DNA of 64,000 nucleotides from contig OZ244991.1 in NCBI GenBank assembly GCA_965223335.1, positions 324,137-388,136 on the forward strand, in the 5' to 3' direction. Source of the DNA: Thermodesulfobacteriota bacterium (GTDB taxonomy: Bacteria > Desulfobacterota_D > UBA1144 > Nemesobacterales > UBA2774). This document shows, in pieces, positions 38,701 to 46,186 of this stretch; position 1 is the first letter of the stretch, and the number at the start of each line of letters is the position of its first letter. The notes beneath the pieces were generated by a model. The model was given only the letters and a program-made list of their open reading frames with translations. It had not been told where the DNA came from and searched no databases. The position numbers and the translations under genes are program-made.

Positions 38701-41700
38701 TCTAGGTTTTGAAGCACGCTATTGTAATATTCCACGGCCTCGATCAGGTTCGAAGACCTGTCCTTGCTATCGGTATGATTTACGAGTGTATCGGCTAATC
38801 TAAGCTCTAGCCCCCCATAAATCTTAGCCATTGTGCTTTTATCACAAAGAGTTAAAAGTACTTTATAGATCCCGATCTCTTTAACCCTGTCTTTGTGCTC
38901 AACTGAAGAAATCGCATCGCTAAAATCACTTAGATCTTGATCAATCCCCATTTTTTCGGGATCTAGCCCGGCTGATGCAAATGCTTGATATGCATTGTTA
39001 AAGGCTTTAACAGAGTTTATTAAATCCTTGGGCTCACCCTTCTGCTTAGCACAAAGTGCATGTGCCCGCCCAAGCCTACTTTGAGTAAGACCAAAATCCC
39101 CGGGGTTGTGGTCTTCCGTAACATACCCGCTAACGCTTTCGAGATACCTAACGGCATCGGCAGCTTTGTTGTCTCTCAGACACTGCTCTGCCACACGCAT
39201 ATGCAGGTTTCCCAGATTCGTTTTGATACTATCAATATCATCAGCAGCTTCGGCTTCGAGAACCTTATTGTAGTATCCAACAGCACTCGTAAAGTTGTCG
39301 TGTTCACCACTCGTTTCGAATAACTCTTTTTGAATATCCCCTAGTCGCGTGCAAAGTGCGCTATGCTCAACCGCCATCTGAGACTCATCCGTAATCTCGA
39401 GCACACTCTCCAAGAGATCAGTTGAATGCTCTCCTGCTTCTATCTCTTTCTCTAAAACGGTTTTAACAAGACTCTTTATGCCTTCGATTACCTCTTGATA
39501 TTTCTCTGGCTCGTTTTCTTCACTGTACACACTTAGTGAATTCTTATACGCTTCAATTTCGTTTGTTATGTAATCGGATTTAGTATTTAGCTCATTTAGC
39601 AACCCGTAACTATGAGCGATCTGTTTTTGTATCTGGGCGTACTGCTCGGGGTATTTTTCCTGTGTATAGAGGTTTAGTGCCTCGCCTAATGCATCGATAC
39701 CCCCGGTTAATTTGTCTATATCCTTTGCGGACTCCCCTTCCGATAACAACAGTTCCCCTATTATTTTCGTTATCTCTGCATAGTCCTCGGGGTGATCACT
39801 CGAATTATAGAACTCGAGTGCGTCCCGATACCTTGATACTGCTGAGTCTAGGGACTCATCCCGACCGAGTTGGGCAGCAGCTTCAACATAAAGATCCCCC
39901 ACCACACGGTTCACATTTCCCAGCGTTTGCTCTTTGGTGTCTTTAGCCTTGGCTGCGGTGGCTGCCTCATAGAACTGAATGGCACTTAGGTAATCATCTT
40001 TATTCCCTGACTCCCTGGCAAGATCGGTGTATAGGGAACCGAGCTTGATTTGCACCGATTCCAGGTTCTCGCACATAGCATCCACATCAAATTTTTCCAA
40101 GATCTGTTTGTAAAGCAAAACCAGATCATCACTCTCAAGTTCAAGCCCGTTTAACAATTCCACTACCCGTTTTAGTGCAAACGAGATATTCTCCAATCCA
40201 ACTTCATTTTTATCCGCCTCATATGCCACAAGCGCACCGTGGTATGCGTTTAGCGCGTCTGATATGTGGCTCTTATCCTTAGTTCCTTTGGCTTGGTTGG
40301 AGTAAGAGTCCCCAAGGGCCTCTTGAATAGATGCGTAGTTGTCCGGGTGATTGTCTCTATCAAATATCTCAAGGGCCCTAACAAGATACTCCCTGCCCTG
40401 TTCGTATGCATCTTTTTCGACATGGCTTATCCCCGCTTCCAGCAAGGCGTTGCCGAGGCTCTTCTGAGACTCAGTATGCTCTGCACTATCCAAATCCTTA
40501 GCACTTAAATCCCGCGCCTTTTCATAATGCTCCACAGCCCGCTCACTGTTACTCGCGAACTCCTCTTGTCGTGATAGCGTAATATAGGCGTTGCCCATCC
40601 GCAGATGAATACCGGCATGCTCTAGGGGTTGATCACTATCAGCGTAATAATCGAGGCAGTCCGTAAAATTCTCGAGCGCTAATTTATATCTTTCTACATC
40701 ATTTTCCTTCTCGGCAATTAATGCATAGATAGAGCCGATCTCTTTTTTAAGCAGTGCATATTCATCAGGATAATCGTCCTTTCCGTAAACTTTAAGGGCT
40801 TCCTCGTAGGCCTCTATGGCCATTGTACTGTTTTCCACTAAGCCCTTCTCGTCCTCAAACAATCGGTACACGTCACCCAGCTTCTTTAGCGTTGCCGCAT
40901 ACTCAACCGGGGAGTGCTCAATATCGTAGCTCTTTAGTGCTTTTTCATAGAAGCTAATCGCTTGGTAGGGATCGCTTAACTCTGTTTCCCCAACCAGTTC
41001 ATAGCTCTTAGCCAAGAGTTTCTGCAATTCCATGTGCCCTGCGGGGTATTTATCTTCGGTAAACACACCTAGTGATTCCTCAAGATACTGGGCAACTTGA
41101 GTGAGATTAACATCTTGCTCTCGATCCTCATACAATTCCAGATACGCATAACCTAAACCCATATTGATAAACCCATAATTAAGAGGCGAGGCATCTTTAT
41201 CGCATTGCTCCAAAGCGGCTTTTAGCTCTGATATTGCCGCCTCATAGCTATGAGTCTTATGTTCGTGCTCAGCTATGGATAGATAAGCAATGCCAAGATT
41301 CTGCTTTAGCTGCATCCGTGTTGCTTTCAGAGTGTCCTTGGGTTGGGAGCTATCTAACTCTTTATACAGATTAAGAGCTTCTTTGTAACCCTCGGACTCT
41401 TGAGTGCACCAAGCACGCATCAGATGCGTAGAAGCAATATCCATTTCAATCGAACTCTGTTTAGACTCCGCAGCGACCTCGGAATAGATCTCTTTTGCAT
41501 CACTGAGTGCAGTCAAAGAGGTTTTGAAACCCTCCTCTGACGAACACTCTGTTGCAGCGCTTCGTGTATCGAGCCCGATATTTCTATTTAATAACGCTTC
41601 TCGGTACCTATATCCCTCGGCACTGTAAACATCCAAAGAAGATTTGTAGTAATCCAGAGACTTATTAATCCCCTCACTCTCATGGCCGTCTGATAATGAT

Positions 41701-44700
41701 GAGTTCACTACACCGAGGCTATTTTGCGCCCGGGCCCGATCAAGCTCGAACCCCTTATCCTCGTATATATCGAGACTCTGTTCCAGCATCCCATGTGCTT
41801 CCTCGAGATGTTCGGTAGAACTCTCGAGCACAGATAAACCATGTTTTGAGATTGCGAGGTTTGACAAAATGTCGGCTCTCAGCAATTCGTCGTTACCGCT
41901 TTTCACGCTGTTTAGTGCTTGGCTAAGCAGTTGATCAGCCAACTGTGTATCCTTAGAGGACGCTTCTATGGACGATAGGAAATTATGAGCTGCACCCAAA
42001 TTACTCTTTACCGTAGCGCACTTACGTGGATAGCCCTCTATCTCGGGAGTATCTAGAACTTCGTTTAGAATCTCTATGGACTTTTTACAGTTTTTTACAC
42101 TGTCCTCGCAATCGGCCAGTGTTAGGTATGCGGCACCCAGGTTATTACGAATCTTTAGATGGTTAATCACACTATCACCAGAGTCATACTCCCTAAGGGC
42201 CCTCTCGTAGGCCTGAATGGCCTTTCTACTGTTCTTTGCCCTATCCGTTTTTTCGGCCAATGACCTGTAGATATTGCCCAGATTGTTTAGTATCAGAGCC
42301 GAGTATTTTTCGTTGCCCTCTCCATCCAATACTCTAAGAGCATCCTCATATGAGGCCTCGGCCATATCTATTGACTTGGTCTCTTTAGAGATTCTTGCAA
42401 TGTATGAGTAATTTAGGCCCAGTTTGCACTTAAGCTCCCCGTAATCCTCGGGAAAATCGCTCTCGGTAGAGATCTCGAGCGCGGATAAATAGTAGTCAAT
42501 CGATTTCTCAAACTGCTCCAAATCCAGTTTGTATATACCCAGATTTCTATAGATATCGCCTAAATTACTGCAGATCATTGCGTATTGGAGAGGATAATCA
42601 CCAAAAGTATAAAATTTGAGAGCGTTCTCATAGCATTCAATAGCGTCATCAAAATTCCCAGATTCGCTTTGAGCACGGTAAAGCTTTTGTAAAGCAAGGC
42701 CCATGTTGAATTGGATCATGCCAAATTTATCAGGGTAGTCCTCCGAGACATAAACCCTAATTGCCTCTTTATATGAATCTATAGCTTTACTCGAGTTGTG
42801 GGCCTCATCCTCAACATCCGCAAGTGTGCTGTATGCAACACCCAGATTGTTATGGGTCATTGCATAATCCAATGGTGCCTCCTCTATGTTCCTTATCTTA
42901 AGGGATTCTTCATAAGCCTTAATAGCCCTCTTTGAGTTCTCCGCAGCACCGTGTAGTTCGGCAAGCGTGCTGTAAGCGTTGCCCAAATTGTTGTAGGTAG
43001 TCGAGTATTCTTGGGGATATTTGCCAAGGGTATATATCTCTAAAGCCTCACGATAACACCCAATGGCCTTAGTGCAATTAGCGCTATCGTTCTCAATCTG
43101 AGCCAGCATGTCATATGCGGCACCCATATTATTTAGGAGAGATGCATATTCAGCGGTCGATTTATTTTTCTTATAGTAGTTGTATGCAGTGGTATATGAT
43201 TTGATAGCGTCCACACAATTTGCACCCTCACCCTCATACTCGGCTAAAGTCCTGTAGGCATCGCCAAGCAGTTTTGACACAAATGCGTACTGCTCTTTAT
43301 TTTTAAGAGCCTTGTACTGATGCATCGCCTTTTTGTAGGAATCGATTGCTTGCGAGATGTTACTTGCAATGGGTCCGTTGTGTTCAAGCAAGAGGTAAAT
43401 ATCACCTAAGGTTCTTAGTAGCCCTGCACTCTCTTCTTTTTCATCCAAAGCATTAAAAACATCTAAAGCGCTGTTTAGCACCTCGATTGACTCTATTAGC
43501 TGATTCTCTCCCCCGGTGTCTTGTTCACGCGAGAGTTTAAACTGTGCAATCCCCAAGTCTCTGGTTATGGTTGCAAAATCCAATGGATAGTTGTCTTTGT
43601 TAAAATAAGTTAGAGCATCACTAAAGTCTTCAAGTGCAGTCTTTGCGTAATCATTATTTGGTTCCGCCTCTACAAGTGAGATGTGCACATTGCCTTTATT
43701 TCTTTTGATGTCTGCGCATTCGTACGGATTATTACCGGTGATATAAAACTCCAGAGCACTATCGTATGCCGCGAGCGCATTGTTGTAGTTCTCAACCGGG
43801 TTCTCTGCCAACGCCAGCGTTGTAAACGATAGGGCTAGGTTTTGGTTTATTATTGCGTTTATCATAGGGTCTAAGTCACTGGACAATGCGGATTTGTAGT
43901 AAGTAATAGCTTTTTTACAGTTCCTAGTTCTATTGCGGTCAAAGCCTTGTATGGTGTGAGCAAGACCCAAATTGTTATTTATATGAGTGTGAATTGCGGG
44001 GAATTGTTCTTTTGTAAAATAGCCTAGTGCATTCTCGTAATGCTCAATTGCAATATCACAGTTTTCACTCCTGGAACTATACGCAGCCAAAAGCACATAG
44101 AGATCAGCAATATTGCGTCTCGTATTAGACACTACGTCCTCGGCGTGGTCTTCGTTCTCTATAATTCTCGTGAGCAGCCCTAATGCTTTACGATACAATT
44201 TAATTCTTTGCTCGGCACTACAGTCTTCTTCTTTCGCAAGTTCTCTATAGAGATAGCCCAAAAAACTGTTTATTTGCCAAGGCATATCGCTTTTAATTCT
44301 GCTCTCTATGCCCTTTAGCCTTTTTACTATCTTATCCAGCTGATCTACGTTAAAACCTTTTTCATCAAAGTAGATCTCGGACAGTTCGAATGCCAAGTCG
44401 CTGGATTGATTGGTCTTATTCTTGTTTATATTCTTAACCGTTGATAAAGCGTCAACCAGATAGACCTCGATGGTATGGCGTATATATTTAGGCAAATAAT
44501 GGGATATACGCTCGTATGGGCTACCCTGTTCGCTTGATCTAAGGTCGCTATCGACAGTGATTGTTGGGAAGCTGTCGGTCTGGGTTAAGTTAGAGATAAA
44601 GGTTTTTGTTAAACCGGTATCATCACTTTGTTGCGTATGCGATTCGTCTGAGCTAAGAGCCGTTTTTTCATCCTGAATAGTAAGTACGGATGTGTTGTTG

Positions 44701-44996
44701 CCCCTAAGAAAACCGTACTCATATAAAAGTGCCGGGCTATAACCGTCTAGCACCAAAATCCCCAAAGCCGTGTCGGTCGCAAGTTTTTCAAACCGCTCCC
44801 TAAATTGACTGGGGCTAGTATTTTTTTCGGTTATGGATTCAACCTTAAACCCATACGACGACAGGACATCTCTAAGAGGGTTTACAATTTCATTTACATA
44901 CTCTACGTCGCTATGGTCGGGGTGTACGATAAGGCAGGGAATCTCGCCTTGAGTAATCAGCTTGTTTATTGCATTTAGACTTCGGTTCGCTTTCAT
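35718..44996 (-). CDS. Giant (3092 aa) TPR-like repeat protein with N-terminal Rossmann/TIR-like domain
   Basis: Uninterrupted 9279-nt ORF. Most of the length is ~47-aa helical-hairpin repeats with consensus N(C/S)xKAIxxYEEALK(I/V)Yxx..YP..YA.TQNNLG.AY..LA. No signal peptide, TM segment or convincing Walker A seen. Confidence 0.9.
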   Translation of the reverse strand: MKANRSLNAINKLITQGEIPCLIVHPDHSDVEYVNEIVNPLRDVLSSYGFKVESITEKNTSPSQFRERFEKLATDTALGILVLDGYSPALLYEYGFLRGNNTSVLTIQDEKTALSSDESHTQQSDDTGLTKTFISNLTQTDSFPTITVDSDLRSSEQGSPYERISHYLPKYIRHTIEVYLVDALSTVKNINKNKTNQSSDLAFELSEIYFDEKGFNVDQLDKIVKRLKGIESRIKSDMPWQINSFLGYLYRELAKEEDCSAEQRIKLYRKALGLLTRIIENEDHAEDVVSNTRRNIADLYVLLAAYSSRSENCDIAIEHYENALGYFTKEQFPAIHTHINNNLGLAHTIQGFDRNRTRNCKKAITYYKSALSSDLDPMINAIINQNLALSFTTLALAENPVENYNNALAAYDSALEFYITGNNPYECADIKRNKGNVHISLVEAEPNNDYAKTALEDFSDALTYFNKDNYPLDFATITRDLGIAQFKLSREQDTGGENQLIESIEVLNSALDVFNALDEKEESAGLLRTLGDIYLLLEHNGPIASNISQAIDSYKKAMHQYKALKNKEQYAFVSKLLGDAYRTLAEYEGEGANCVDAIKSYTTAYNYYKKNKSTAEYASLLNNMGAAYDMLAQIENDSANCTKAIGCYREALEIYTLGKYPQEYSTTYNNLGNAYSTLAELHGAAENSKRAIKAYEESLKIRNIEEAPLDYAMTHNNLGVAYSTLADVEDEAHNSSKAIDSYKEAIRVYVSEDYPDKFGMIQFNMGLALQKLYRAQSESGNFDDAIECYENALKFYTFGDYPLQYAMICSNLGDIYRNLGIYKLDLEQFEKSIDYYLSALEISTESDFPEDYGELKCKLGLNYSYIARISKETKSIDMAEASYEDALRVLDGEGNEKYSALILNNLGNIYRSLAEKTDRAKNSRKAIQAYERALREYDSGDSVINHLKIRNNLGAAYLTLADCEDSVKNCKKSIEILNEVLDTPEIEGYPRKCATVKSNLGAAHNFLSSIEASSKDTQLADQLLSQALNSVKSGNDELLRADILSNLAISKHGLSVLESSTEHLEEAHGMLEQSLDIYEDKGFELDRARAQNSLGVVNSSLSDGHESEGINKSLDYYKSSLDVYSAEGYRYREALLNRNIGLDTRSAATECSSEEGFKTSLTALSDAKEIYSEVAAESKQSSIEMDIASTHLMRAWCTQESEGYKEALNLYKELDSSQPKDTLKATRMQLKQNLGIAYLSIAEHEHKTHSYEAAISELKAALEQCDKDASPLNYGFINMGLGYAYLELYEDREQDVNLTQVAQYLEESLGVFTEDKYPAGHMELQKLLAKSYELVGETELSDPYQAISFYEKALKSYDIEHSPVEYAATLKKLGDVYRLFEDEKGLVENSTMAIEAYEEALKVYGKDDYPDEYALLKKEIGSIYALIAEKENDVERYKLALENFTDCLDYYADSDQPLEHAGIHLRMGNAYITLSRQEEFASNSERAVEHYEKARDLSAKDLDSAEHTESQKSLGNALLEAGISHVEKDAYEQGREYLVRALEIFDRDNHPDNYASIQEALGDSYSNQAKGTKDKSHISDALNAYHGALVAYEADKNEVGLENISFALKRVVELLNGLELESDDLVLLYKQILEKFDVDAMCENLESVQIKLGSLYTDLARESGNKDDYLSAIQFYEAATAAKAKDTKEQTLGNVNRVVGDLYVEAAAQLGRDESLDSAVSRYRDALEFYNSSDHPEDYAEITKIIGELLLSEGESAKDIDKLTGGIDALGEALNLYTQEKYPEQYAQIQKQIAHSYGLLNELNTKSDYITNEIEAYKNSLSVYSEENEPEKYQEVIEGIKSLVKTVLEKEIEAGEHSTDLLESVLEITDESQMAVEHSALCTRLGDIQKELFETSGEHDNFTSAVGYYNKVLEAEAADDIDSIKTNLGNLHMRVAEQCLRDNKAADAVRYLESVSGYVTEDHNPGDFGLTQSRLGRAHALCAKQKGEPKDLINSVKAFNNAYQAFASAGLDPEKMGIDQDLSDFSDAISSVEHKDRVKEIGIYKVLLTLCDKSTMAKIYGGLELRLADTLVNHTDSKDRSSNLIEAVEYYNSVLQNLDHDKEPEPYDSVSKKLTVAYLGLSESSQDSNDNEAALGHVRDALGAYNTHNLEKHAPELYDQIIERFVLISETAHKDPDKELAILKETLELLDPKVMPLRFASISKRLGDAYSAQASSDKDHSKYNEAVEYYNSALKHYKDQKDEQEYALTKLMLGIALCSITDEDKKEENHTKALDAFEEAEKVITDKDTLAKVREWITNSNEVLEQLRAEEVKNEEEPIVLENVLSEEGNDIVFYEKAAERYNLEDSPEEFACAHKNLGTAYTELLKTESSKNNIQKAISSYEQALEFYTLDNSPEDYGFVQYKLSNLYLQLAELDQSPTLYNNVLKASRQALLVYNKKDSPDLHNDAESVYNKAKEAVASLRAAKIPSPDKKETETKKEEIAEVVELKEVKERRRKKAASDTKTITVEKTTEQAVRDSAEMPDQAESEEFADPKEAIQFHENALKSLDVETSPEEFADAHYKIANSYRKIAEEGAKPNAFRKSIKSYEESLKVYNRADYPTQYGLVYRNLGYTYHMYSKTDSDIKKMRKAIDCYTESLKIYSVGKSPFVFGVIQKNIGDILITLAEIEGEITHYKEAVTSYMLTLQVFDPDKFPAEYGAVQKNVGLASSIIAEVEGEIANYIRATNAYRESLKIYKRSTNPLEYGEIKKYTGIAYGKLAENGEQVKENYHNAISEYTDALKVYTPETSLADYGLINRNIGHIYRALAEWEDRIANCKKACEAYELCTNYYSLQSYPDEYATIQDYLGALYKSLAEYEDTENNCKRSIKAYEQTLKFYTVNEYPVEYAATQNNIGVIYRTLAEALDKGKNCKRAIKAYNESLRVYNKDEYPVQYGSTQNNLGTAFRTLADVEEKTANCKKAIKSYEEALKVRSIQQFPIQFAGTQNNLGVVYRTLAESEDKARNCKKAIKAYETALIIYTIEQYPMQYATTQNNIGGAYTTLAEIQNKAGNCEKAIEAYNEALKVFTKKDFPDVHDLVTTNLNLLHDFSRKK
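35740..37410 (-). repeat. C-terminal block of about 12 well-conserved ~141-bp (47-aa) coding repeats
   Basis: Consecutive units KNCKRAIKAYNESLRVYNKDEYPVQYGSTQNNLGTAFRTLADVEE, ANCKKAIKSYEEALKVRSIQQFPIQFAGTQNNLGVVYRTLAESED and so on. The DNA shows the same period, but copies are diverged. Confidence 0.8.
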
Positions 44997-45151
44997 TTAT
45001 CTGATTATATAGCGCAAAACAATTTCCATTCAACTATTAATTATACACAGGGGGTGGCAATACAAAATTAAAGAATTACTAATTTTTACAGCTAGTTACA
45101 CGGCACGAAGAGAACAAATATCAGGGGTAGTTTGGAACATAAAACTACATA

Positions 45152-45184
45152 GAAGCGGGGTTATGAGTATCCGAATCCCGCTTC
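45152..45184 (-). promoter_or_regulatory. Hairpin directly 3' of the aptamer (candidate expression platform/terminator)
   Basis: RNA GAAGCGGGAUU..AACCCCGCUUC forms an ~11-bp stem, followed by UAUGUAGUUUUAUGUU. Confidence 0.45.
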
Positions 45185-45280
45185 GGCAACCCAGCCGCCG
45201 ACTAGTGCTTATCCAAGCACCTTAGGCCTGTGGTTTTGCGTCCCATCTTTTCAGATGGTTTGCCCCTTCGTTCCGGGACC
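45181..45280 (-). promoter_or_regulatory. c-di-GMP-I (GEMM-I) riboswitch aptamer
   Basis: The minus-strand RNA ..GGGGCAAACCAUCUGAAAAGAUGGGACGCAAAACCACAGGCCUAAGG...GGCUGGGUUGCCGAAG matches the remembered Vc2 aptamer core block by block: GGGCAAACC, GAAA-capped P2, GGGACGCAAA, GGCCUAA, GGGUUxCCGA. Confidence 0.8.
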
Positions 45281-45298
45281 ACCAACTCCCTTATACAA

Positions 45299-45327
45299 AC
45301 CTTATAGCTAGTTTCTATTTGTGTCAA
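45299..45327 (-). promoter_or_regulatory. Sigma70-type promoter driving the riboswitch leader
   Basis: Minus strand: TTGACA (45327-22), 17-nt spacer, TAAGGT (45304-299). The predicted TSS is about 10-15 nt before the aptamer. Confidence 0.45.
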
Positions 45328-45347
45328 TACAACCTACCTGCAACATT

Positions 45348-45379
45348 AAAAAAACTACCCCCTGACCCCGGTCGGTCGG
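45348..45379 (-). terminator. Candidate terminator of the zinc-ribbon gene
   Basis: Minus-strand CCGACC-GACCGG-GGTCAGG hairpin (one bulge), followed by GGGTAGTTTTTTT. Confidence 0.4.
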
Positions 45380-45438
45380 TTGCAATTCCCAGCTGGAAAG
45401 ATCGGTTTATTCAATACGCACCGAACATTACGATTAAA

Positions 45439-45876
45439 TCAAACACCATCGACTTTTTTAAAGCACTTACTACAGAACTCGCTGCCGCTAACAATCTGGT
45501 TGCCGCACTCACACGTGCCCATTATTTCAGGTTTGGAAAGGGCTTTTAATCTCCCAAGCGCTTTTTGGGCATCCTGGTGTACAAGCTCGAGTTCCTCTCT
45601 GCATCTGTCGATCTCTTCATATATCTGCTCGATCTCCTTACATTTCTCCATTACACCGTCTTCGTTTATCTTGCCCTTATACTTGTACATCTTATAGACC
45701 AAATTCCCGACGGCCTCGGTACTTGTCCTTCTGCGTTTAGATAGGCTACGTATCCGGTTTTTTATTCTTATCACCCCATACGCCTCTTTAGACCTTATAT
45801 TTACAATCCTCAACCCCCTCCCAATACCTACCTTTATTTTGTCCAGTATCTCATTCGGTTCGTTTATATCTGTCAT
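45439..45876 (-). CDS. Hypothetical coiled-coil protein with C-terminal zinc-ribbon
   Basis: 145 aa with a basic/coiled-coil middle. C-terminal CECGNQIVSGSEFCSKC (CxC..CxxC). Confidence 0.6.
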   Translation of the reverse strand: MTDINEPNEILDKIKVGIGRGLRIVNIRSKEAYGVIRIKNRIRSLSKRRRTSTEAVGNLVYKMYKYKGKINEDGVMEKCKEIEQIYEEIDRCREELELVHQDAQKALGRLKALSKPEIMGTCECGNQIVSGSEFCSKCFKKVDGV

Positions 45877-46186
45877 ATCCTCATCCTCTGTACCGAAAAA
45901 CCAAGGTGTGCGGTCTATATCAAATAAGATACTTGAACAGACTCAAAGTGGAATACTGGGTTATGAAAATAAGGTGAATTCCACAGCCCGGCACCACAGC
46001 TTAATAACCAGTACAAAATTATGATTAATTAATTGACTAGATCACAAGATCGGATATTTTGTATATATACCAAGGTAAAATCTTCTGTGTAAATGTTAGA
46101 GACAAATAAATTAATTTCAGGGTAATCTCTATACCCAGCCGAAGAAAAACCAATACAAATCCACACTCAAAACCGGAGAACATAGA

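Noticed and set aside
35772-40508. Plus-strand ORFs of 66-140 aa inside the giant gene (for example 36591-37013 and 39662-39946).
   Set aside because: These are antisense shadow ORFs with low-complexity or odd composition. They are fully contained in a far longer, repeat-structured ORF on the other strand.
35718-44996. Strong sequence periodicity that could be mistaken for a CRISPR array or a non-coding tandem repeat.
   Set aside because: The period is about 141 bp, and all of it lies within one uninterrupted ORF. Copies are diverged, with conservation at the amino-acid level. There is no repeat-spacer structure.
45181-45280. Possibility that the aptamer is a GEMM-Ib 3'3'-cGAMP sensor rather than a c-di-GMP sensor.
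   Set aside because: The nucleotide I align with Vc2 G20 is G, not A. The alignment is by eye, so this is a provisional rejection. Ligand assays would decide.
45121-45300. Structured intergenic RNA first considered as SRP (4.5S) RNA, tmRNA, RNase P RNA or 6S RNA.
   Set aside because: It lacks the SRP domain IV motif (GGUCCGGAAGGAAGCAGC), the tmRNA tRNA-like end (..GGUUCGAxUCC..CCA) and the RNase P GAGGAAAGUCC block. The minus strand instead matches the GEMM-I core block by block.
45319-45697. Plus-strand ORFs (76 and 105 aa) spanning the terminator/promoter region and the zinc-ribbon gene.
   Set aside because: They have no RBS and overlap a better-supported minus-strand gene and regulatory elements. 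Their composition is non-protein-like.
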